A stretch of 64,000 bases of DNA from Ostreococcus lucimarinus (Eukaryota). The stretch lies in the NCBI GenBank assembly GCA_000092065.1, contig CP000596.1. The stretch is one strand, 5' to 3'. Of the stretch, positions 57,938 through 64,000 are shown piece by piece; within the stretch, counting starts at the first letter, position 1, and each line of letters begins with the position of its first letter. The notes below the pieces were generated by a model. The model worked only from the letters and a program-made list of their open reading frames with translations, was not told the origin of the DNA and ran no database searches. The position numbers were made by a program, and so were the translations under genes.

Positions 57938-59344
57938 CTAAAATTTCAAGTCAAAGGCGCGGAGCGCGGCGGCGAAGTGCGGGGGAGGCTCGGCGACGAC
58001 GCGCGTCGAAACGCCCGATTCGGGATGAACGAATTGTAACGCGCGAGCGTGGAGGTGGAGAGGGATCTTGGAGACGCCGCGGAGGGATGCGCGACGAAGC
58101 TTGCGCCAGAAGTCGGATTCTTTTTCGGATTCGACATCGGCAGATTCGATGTCAGTGAAACGACTCTTCCACGGCGCTCGCCGATCGTTGAAGCCGTACT
58201 TGTAATCGCCGATGATTGGGGACGATAGGGCTTTGGCCAAGTGCACGCGAAGTTGGTGCTTGCGACCAGTGATCGGAGTAAGTTCTAGGAGCGTCGGCCC
58301 GTCCTCGCCGGCGCTGGCGAGCACCTTGAAGTGCGTCATCGCCGCCTTGGACGCGGGTGAGCCCGCGTCGTTGGATTTGTCTCTCATGGATTCTCCCGTG
58401 CCGACGACGACGCCGCCGCCTTTCGCATCGTACACTCGCCAGCCGCCGACGAGACGCGCCGTGGAGTAGCCGTCGCCGTCGCCCACCTCGGTGAGAGGCG
58501 CCTCGATCCATCCCGAGCGCGCGCCTCTCGGCGGCGGATTCGACGTCAGCGCCCAGTACGTCTTCACCACCGGATCGTTCGACAGCGAAGGCGCGTCTCC
58601 GCGCTCCATGTCCGCCCGCATTATCTCCGTAAAATCCATCCTCGATTTTTTGGCAAACATCGCGTTGAGCCTGTTCGCCGCAAACGCGGTCCGCGCCAGC
58701 ACCAACACCCCCGACGTGTCTCGATCTAATCTGTGCACGACGTACTCCGAATCCAACGCGTGTCTCAAATCGTACACCGACACGTCCACGCCGTTCCCTC
58801 GCGTCGTCGCCAGTCCCGGCGGTTTATCGACCACCGTCACGTGTTCGTCCGCGTGCAGAACGCGCGCTCGAATCGCCTCCACCAACGCCTCGCTCGCCCC
58901 GTCGCGATCCCTCGCGCGCCTCGTCGCGTCGCCGTCACCATTCGCGTCTTCATCGCCGTACTCTCGCCACGTCCATCCCTCGCGCGCGATCGGCACCGCG
59001 AGAAACTCGCCCGGCGCCAGCGTCCGCGCCCGTCCCGCGCGCCGCAGCGACCGCGCGTCGCGCTCGACGCCCTCCCCGAGCGCCCCGCGCCCGACTCGGA
59101 CGACGCGCGCGCGAAACAGCTGATGCACCGCGCTCCCGCCGCGCGCGCCGCGTCCTCGCGCGTCGCCCGCGCCGTCGTGGCGGAGGTACTTTCGCAGCCA
59201 GCGCAGCGCGGTGACGGCGTCGTCGCCGACGCGCCAGCGCGGCACGGGCGGCGTGACGACGCGGTGCGTCGCGTACGCCGCGCGCGCCGTCGCGCCCGCG
59301 CGCGCGAGCCGCCGCAGCGCCGCGAAGACGCGCGCCGTCGCCAT
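57938..59344 (-). CDS. RluA-family pseudouridine synthase, second paralog, probably organellar
   Basis: HRLDRDTSGVLVLART and GRKHQLRVHLA. ATG at 59344. Confidence 0.8.
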   Translation of the reverse strand: MATARVFAALRRLARAGATARAAYATHRVVTPPVPRWRVGDDAVTALRWLRKYLRHDGAGDARGRGARGGSAVHQLFRARVVRVGRGALGEGVERDARSLRRAGRARTLAPGEFLAVPIAREGWTWREYGDEDANGDGDATRRARDRDGASEALVEAIRARVLHADEHVTVVDKPPGLATTRGNGVDVSVYDLRHALDSEYVVHRLDRDTSGVLVLARTAFAANRLNAMFAKKSRMDFTEIMRADMERGDAPSLSNDPVVKTYWALTSNPPPRGARSGWIEAPLTEVGDGDGYSTARLVGGWRVYDAKGGGVVVGTGESMRDKSNDAGSPASKAAMTHFKVLASAGEDGPTLLELTPITGRKHQLRVHLAKALSSPIIGDYKYGFNDRRAPWKSRFTDIESADVESEKESDFWRKLRRASLRGVSKIPLHLHARALQFVHPESGVSTRVVAEPPPHFAAALRAFDLKF

Positions 59345-59369
59345 CTGCGGTCGGCGAACGACGCGACAG

Positions 59370-60491
59370 ATGGCGACGCCGCGCGTCGTCGGCGACGCCC
59401 TCGACGCGCGCCGCGGCGCGCGCGCGACGTCCGCGCGCGTCGCGCACTACGGACGCGCGTTCGACTGCGCGTTCGCGCCGTGGGGGCGACGCGCGAGCGA
59501 CTCGTCGAGCGCGTGGGACGAAATCATCGTGACGTGCGGCGAGGACGCGACGGCGCGCGTGCACGGCGTCGACGCGCGCGACGCGAGCGCGCGGACGCTG
59601 GCGACGTGTCGCGCGCACCGAGAGGAGGTGGTGCGCGTGGCGTTCGCGCGCGCGAGCGGACGGTTCGCCACGGGGTCGGCGGACGGGACGTGCAAGGTGT
59701 GGGACTTTGACGCGCGAGAGCGCGTCGTGCGCGAGGCGCAGAGCCTGGACGGACACCCGGGGGAGGTGTACGGGTGTTGCTTTCTGGGCGACGGCGACGG
59801 AGGGGTCGTGGCGACGTGTTCGGAGACGGAGGCGCGGGCGTGGGACGTGGAGCGAGGGACGACGACGGCGAAGACGGCGCCGAGGGATGATTTAGGGACG
59901 TCGGGCGCGCGCACGCCCGAGCGTTGGTCGCCGGGATACTTGTTTTCCATGGCTCGAGGCGATGGGGTGCTGGCGTGCGGGTGCTCGGACGGGATCGTTC
60001 GAGTGTACGGCGACGGTTCGAGCGGGACGTTTGGAGAACGCGTGGCGGAGGTGACGGCGCATCCCAACGCCATCGTCGGATCGACGAGTTTTATCGATGG
60101 TGGGCGAGTGTTGTGCTCGGTAGGACTCGACGGGACGGTCGTGCTCACAGACGTGCGAACGTGGGGGATTTTTCGGCGGATATCCGCGGGTTCGACGCTG
60201 ACGAGCGCGTGCGGCGTCGGCTCGGGAAGTTGGTTAGCGATGGTTGGGGAATCGGGCGTCGTTCGAGCGATCGACGCAATCGGAGACGCGTCGTCAAGCG
60301 CACAGTGCGTTTTTGAGCCGAAAGGTGAACCCGTGCCGCTGTTTTGCGTCGCAGCGAACGAAAGCGGGACGATGTTAGCGTGCTCGGGCGCGGGCGTCCC
60401 GTCGAGCGCGCCGACGCTCGGCGCGACTTTCGGCACGAAAACACCCGATCCAAGTCGCTTGGACGTATGGATGGCGTCGAGCGAGGCTTAG
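59370..60491 (+). CDS. WD40-repeat protein
   Basis: The first ATG clear of the opposite RluA gene is at 59370. Blades of the form GSADGTCKVWD. Confidence 0.6.
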   Translation: MATPRVVGDALDARRGARATSARVAHYGRAFDCAFAPWGRRASDSSSAWDEIIVTCGEDATARVHGVDARDASARTLATCRAHREEVVRVAFARASGRFATGSADGTCKVWDFDARERVVREAQSLDGHPGEVYGCCFLGDGDGGVVATCSETEARAWDVERGTTTAKTAPRDDLGTSGARTPERWSPGYLFSMARGDGVLACGCSDGIVRVYGDGSSGTFGERVAEVTAHPNAIVGSTSFIDGGRVLCSVGLDGTVVLTDVRTWGIFRRISAGSTLTSACGVGSGSWLAMVGESGVVRAIDAIGDASSSAQCVFEPKGEPVPLFCVAANESGTMLACSGAGVPSSAPTLGATFGTKTPDPSRLDVWMASSEA

Positions 60492-60565
60492 CGAATTTTC
60501 TAGAATTTTATCACATTTTTAGCGCGCCGCCTCGCATCTATCTATGACTATCCTAAGGTGATGTA

Positions 60566-61819
60566 CTAATCGAACAAGCCTTCGCGCGGAGGCGCCTTCT
60601 TCACTTCCTTCGGCTTCGTGGAGAAGAGCCCTCCGTCGTCGGAGTCTGAATCTGAATCAAACAATGCCGTTGGTGACTTTTTCGGCTCCGGTACCGCGAT
60701 CGACATGGACGCCACGGCGGACGACGGCGGCACAAGCGTTTTTGCGTCTGTTTTCTTAGATTCCACCGATTTCAACGCGTCGAGGGGATCGGTGATCGGC
60801 TCCGAAAACAAGTCGCCTCCCGACGGACGTCTGGTAATTCCGAACAAATCGCCGTCGTCGTCATCGGAATCGGAATCGAACAATCCTTTCGGCTTTTTCG
60901 GCGCCGCCGCGGGCGGTTTCGCAGGCGCAGACGCCAAAGGCGCGGGCGCGGACGCCAAAGGCGCTTTCCCGCTCGCGCCTCCGAAGAGACCACCGTCGTC
61001 ACCTTCGACGTCATCAAATAATCCGCCTTTTGATTTGCGAACGTCGTCTCCGAACACATCGTCGAAAGATAACGCGTAGGACGGCGCCGCCTTCTTCGCG
61101 GCTGTCGTCGCCGACGACAAACCGACGCTCGAAAACAAGCCATCGCCGCCGGCGCCAGCCAACGCATACGACCCATCGACGTCACCAAAGTTATTTTCAA
61201 CGTCCGCTAAGTTATCCTCCATGTCCGAATACTCCCCCTCGCTCGACGTCGAGCTCACGAATTCGCTCGAGATATCGCTCTCGAACTCGTCGCTCGAATC
61301 TTCGCTCACCTCGCTCGAGTCCTCGTCATCGCTCGATATGTACGTCCCCCACCGCGCCGGATTCGGATTTTTCGCCACCTTTGGATCCAACCCACAGCTT
61401 TCGTCGTGATAGTACGCCGTCGTGCCGATCACCGCCGGCAACGGTCGCCAATGCTCGTTCCCCGTGAGCGCCAACCCGCCGTCGCGCGTCTCCGCCCACC
61501 GTCCACGTATCGCCTCCATCGCCCGCCGCGCCGCCTCCGCGTACGCCTCCGGCGTTTCTCCATCCTCGTTTTCTTTCGTTTCGCTCGCCGAGCGCGCGCT
61601 TTCTTTTCCAACGCCGTCGACCTCGTCGTCGTCGTCGTCTCGTTCGTCGACGCGCTTTTCCAAAAACTGCGAATTGCTCAAGATTCTGAATCCACAGCTC
61701 ACGCTCGCGATCTCGCACGTCGCGTACGACGTCTCCAGCGCGTTTCCATCGACCGCGGTCGCCGTTCGCGCGCACCGCTCCAGCGCTCGCGCGTCGCTCG
61801 CGCGCGCGCGTTCGATCAA
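60566..61819 (-). CDS. Acidic protein with repeated GLFD/GGLF motifs. The start is uncertain: the track start is TTG, and the first ATG is 61519.
   Basis: KGGLFDDVEGDDGGLFGG, KGLFDSDSDDDDGDLFG, GGDLFSEP and DGGLFSTKPK resemble the LFa-type acidic motifs of FAM21-like tails. Confidence 0.45.
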   Translation of the reverse strand: MIERARASDARALERCARTATAVDGNALETSYATCEIASVSCGFRILSNSQFLEKRVDERDDDDDEVDGVGKESARSASETKENEDGETPEAYAEAARRAMEAIRGRWAETRDGGLALTGNEHWRPLPAVIGTTAYYHDESCGLDPKVAKNPNPARWGTYISSDDEDSSEVSEDSSDEFESDISSEFVSSTSSEGEYSDMEDNLADVENNFGDVDGSYALAGAGGDGLFSSVGLSSATTAAKKAAPSYALSFDDVFGDDVRKSKGGLFDDVEGDDGGLFGGASGKAPLASAPAPLASAPAKPPAAAPKKPKGLFDSDSDDDDGDLFGITRRPSGGDLFSEPITDPLDALKSVESKKTDAKTLVPPSSAVASMSIAVPEPKKSPTALFDSDSDSDDGGLFSTKPKEVKKAPPREGLFD

Positions 61820-61924
61820 CTGTCGTCAACGTCGTCATCGCCCTTCGTCAGTCCTCGCGCGCGATTCCGCGCGCGACGCGCGCGTCGACGCACCGCTCGA
61901 TCGTGTCCGAGTCGCCACGGCTCG

Positions 61925-61972
61925 CGCGTCGCGTCGAGCGCGTCGAGCGCGTCGAGCGCGTCGAGCGCGTCG
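61925..61972. repeat. (GCGTCGAGC)4 tandem repeat in a 5' region
   Basis: gcgtcgagcgcgtcgagcgcgtcgagcgcgtcgagc, seen directly. Confidence 0.7.
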
Positions 61973-61987
61973 TCGTCGCCTCGGGAC

Positions 61988-62962
61988 ATGGCGCGATGCG
62001 CCACACGGCGACGAATGGCGTCGCACCGAGACGTCGTGCGCGACGCGTACGCGCGCACCGCCCTGAGCGCGGGGCGCGAGGGATGCTGCGTCACCCCGCT
62101 CGACGCGCGCGTGAAGATCGGGTACACGCGCGACGAGCTGGCGCTCGCGGGAGGCGCGAATCTGGGCGTCGGATGCGGCGCGCCGCATCAGTTCGCCGAG
62201 CTGCAGGCGGGCGAGGCCGTGTGCGATCTGGGGTGCGGTGCGGGCGTGGACGTCGTGCTCGCGGCGCTGAGCGTCGGCGAGCGCGGCGTCGTCGTCGGGG
62301 TGGACATGACGCCGGAGATGTTGCGCGAGGCGCGAGCGCGCGCGGCGGAGGCGAGCGAACGCGCGAACGCCGACGGCCGCGAATGCGCGCGCGCGGAGTT
62401 TCGGTTGGGGGAGCTGGAGCGTTTGCCGTGTCGAGACGGCGAGTTCGACGTCGTGATGTCGAACTGCGTGATTAATTTGTGCGAGGATAAGCGCGCGGCG
62501 CTCGCGGAGGCGTTTCGAGCGTTGAAGCCGGGAGGACGGTTGTGCGTGGCGGACGTGGTGAGTCGAGGAAACGCGCTGCCAGAGGCGCTGAAGACGAACG
62601 AGGCGCTGGCGTGCTGAGTGTCGGGCGCGCACGAGCAGGACATTTTGCGGGATATGCTGCGAGACGTCGGTTTCGTGCGGGCCGAGATTCGCGTGAAGGA
62701 AGAGTCGCGCGAATACATCAAGCACTGGATGCCGGGTTCGGGGGCGGAAGATTACGTCGTCGCGGCGGAGGTGGTGGCGCATAAGCCAGGGACGCTGACG
62801 AGCGTCGTCCAGGGCGCGTGCAAGCGCGTGGGTGAATTGCTGTACGCCGCGTGGTTGGCGCAAGCGCGTCATCACGCCGCGCACACCGACCACTCCCAGG
62901 ACGACGACGAGCCCGAATGCTGCGCGCCGGGTCCGGCGAAAAAGCCGCTTCCCAAGTGCTGA
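61988..62962 (+). CDS. ArsM/AS3MT-family methyltransferase paralog with an in-frame TGA (62615..62617). Candidate selenoprotein with Sec at about residue 210.
   Basis: Track ORFs 61406..62617 and 62618..62962 are contiguous in one frame, separated only by TGA. Motifs GCCVTP, CDLGCGAG and MSNCVINL are present. The TGA aligns with the Cys of LLGECLGGA in the paralog at 27681..28937. Confidence 0.55.
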
Positions 62963-63039
62963 CGATAATGCACCCCTTCGCGCGCGTCGCGAAGGGGTGA
63001 AACGGCTTCTGAAGGCCCTCTCGGACGATTTGGAGATTT

Positions 63040-63092
63040 TCGTGACGAAGCGACGGGTGAAACGGTTTCGCGCCGGCCGTCGCTTCCGACTT
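63040..63092 (+). ncRNA. Candidate SECIS element in the 3' UTR of the TGA-containing ArsM paralog
   Basis: cGUGAc then a 10-bp helix GAAGCGACGG/CCGUCGCUUC, an unpaired GUGAAA (AAA), a mini-stem CGG..CCG, and a 3' cGAc. This is a form-2-like architecture with a RUGA...AAA...GA core. Folded by eye only. Confidence 0.35.
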
Positions 63093-63187
63093 TTTTCCAT
63101 CGCGAGAACGGTCGCTCAAAGGCTATGCCATCGTTCTAAATGGTGTTACAACATTGTAAGAATGTCTCAGAATTTTTTCAGATTTTT

Positions 63188-64000
63188 TCACGCGGGCGAG
63201 ATCACGTTAATCGGCTCACCTCTGAGAAACGCCTCCACGTTCGCCGCCACCATGTCCACGAGGCGTTGTCTCGTCTCCACGCGCTTCCACCCTATGTGTG
63301 GGGTCAAGTACACGTTCTCCAGCGTGTACAACGGCGAATCGTCGGACGGGGGCTCGTTTTCTTGCACGTCGAGCATCGCGCCGGCGATTCGCTTCTCTCT
63401 CAGCGCGACTATTAAATCTCTCTCGTTGACTACGGCGCCTCGCGCCGTGTTGATCAACCGCGCCGTCGGCTTCATCATCGCGAGCGCGTCCGCATCTATC
63501 ATCCCGCGCGTTTCCTCCGTCAGCGGACAGTGCACGCTCACAAAATCCGACGTCCTGAGCAGCGTCTCCAGGCTCACCGCCTCCCACAACCCCTCCTCGT
63601 CGCGCGCGCTCCTCGAGTGACACGTCGCCCGCATCCCGAGCGCTCGACACGCCCTCGCCACCGCCCTCCCGATCGATCCCGTCCCGCCGATCAGCCCGAT
63701 CGTCTTCCCTCGCAGCTCGAACATCGTCGGAAACGTCGTCAACCCACTGAAATCGCGGTTAAAATCTCGCCGATCCCCCTTCCGCAGCGCCGCGTGTCGT
63801 TCGCACAGCCCCACCGCGGCCGCGCTCGCGTACGCGACGACCAACGCCGCCACGCCGTCGGTCGAGTACTCCGGCGCGTTGCACACCGCGATCCCGCGCC
63901 TCGCCGCGGCGGTCGCGTCGATGTTATCCGTCCCCGTGCCCGCCTCCGCGATCAATCGCACGCTCTTCGGCAAGCGCTCGACGTCCACTTTAATCTCCTT
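63188..64000 (-). CDS. D-isomer-specific 2-hydroxyacid dehydrogenase (glycerate/hydroxypyruvate reductase-like). Partial: the N-terminus lies beyond the window end.
   Basis: NAD-binding GLIGGTGSIGRAVARACRALGM. Catalytic region RLINTARGAVVNE...HIGW. The track start at 63988 is GTG, so the ORF continues upstream. Confidence 0.75.
   Translation of the reverse strand, partial: KEIKVDVERLPKSVRLIAEAGTGTDNIDATAAARRGIAVCNAPEYSTDGVAALVVAYASAAAVGLCERHAALRKGDRRDFNRDFSGLTTFPTMFELRGKTIGLIGGTGSIGRAVARACRALGMRATCHSRSARDEEGLWEAVSLETLLRTSDFVSVHCPLTEETRGMIDADALAMMKPTARLINTARGAVVNERDLIVALREKRIAGAMLDVQENEPPSDDSPLYTLENVYLTPHIGWKRVETRQRLVDMVAANVEAFLRGEPINVISPA

Noticed and set aside
62615-62617. TGA read simply as the stop of a truncated pseudogene
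   Set aside because: Not rejected outright. It is disfavoured because 115 codons of conserved MT-fold sequence continue in frame, the codon aligns to the catalytic Cys of the paralog, and a SECIS-like hairpin follows the true stop. It is listed as an alternative in the finding.
61835-63100. 421-aa minus-strand ORF
   Set aside because: It is antisense to the ArsM-paralog (candidate selenoprotein) gene and its 3' UTR. Arg/Ala low complexity.
1411-63988. ORF-track start codons taken at face value
   Set aside because: Many listed starts are GTG/TTG/CTG on inspection (for example 1413, 669, 6020, 9277, 12386, 13650, 17458, 19884, 31887, 37051, 45599, 61819 and 63988). Starts were re-assigned to the first sensible ATG or to a splice acceptor.
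1-64000. Prokaryotic-style operons, CRISPR arrays, mobile elements
   Set aside because: None were seen. No short direct-repeat/spacer arrays and no transposase, integrase or RT-like ORFs. The architecture is eukaryotic (introns, Pol III tRNAs with T-run terminators, TGTAA signals, transit peptides).

Overview
This window is not prokaryotic. It looks like a GC-rich (~65-70%), gene-dense, intron-poor eukaryotic nuclear region. About 45 protein genes lie on both strands, separated by short AT-richer spacers. Two intron-containing tRNA genes have Pol III T-run terminators. A few short GC-rich spliceosomal introns share a GTGCGC donor and a CTGAC branch site. The gene content (Whirly, PsaK, CP12-like, PPR, TALE homeobox, PRC2 EED, Sfi1-like, ArsM) points to a green alga. 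The compactness and GC content suggest a Mamiellophyceae prasinophyte, possibly Micromonas-like; that placement is inference, not a search result. The supplied ORF track often begins ORFs at GTG/TTG/CTG codons and reports long antisense ORFs created by GC skew. Gene starts were therefore re-derived by hand and several track ORFs were rejected. The main observations: (1) a second arsenite-methyltransferase (ArsM/AS3MT) paralog has an in-frame TGA exactly at the conserved As(III)-binding Cys, with a SECIS-like stem-loop in its 3' UTR, making it a candidate selenoprotein; (2) a tRNA-Gly(GCC) gene is split by two intervening sequences, one in the variable loop with GT..AG ends; (3) a pyruvate-dehydrogenase-type E1 has alpha and beta subunits fused in one ORF; (4) other notable genes are a Kringle-domain receptor kinase, a TALE homeodomain gene, a tandem CP12-like protein, an Sfi1-like giant repeat protein and a PRC2 EED homolog.
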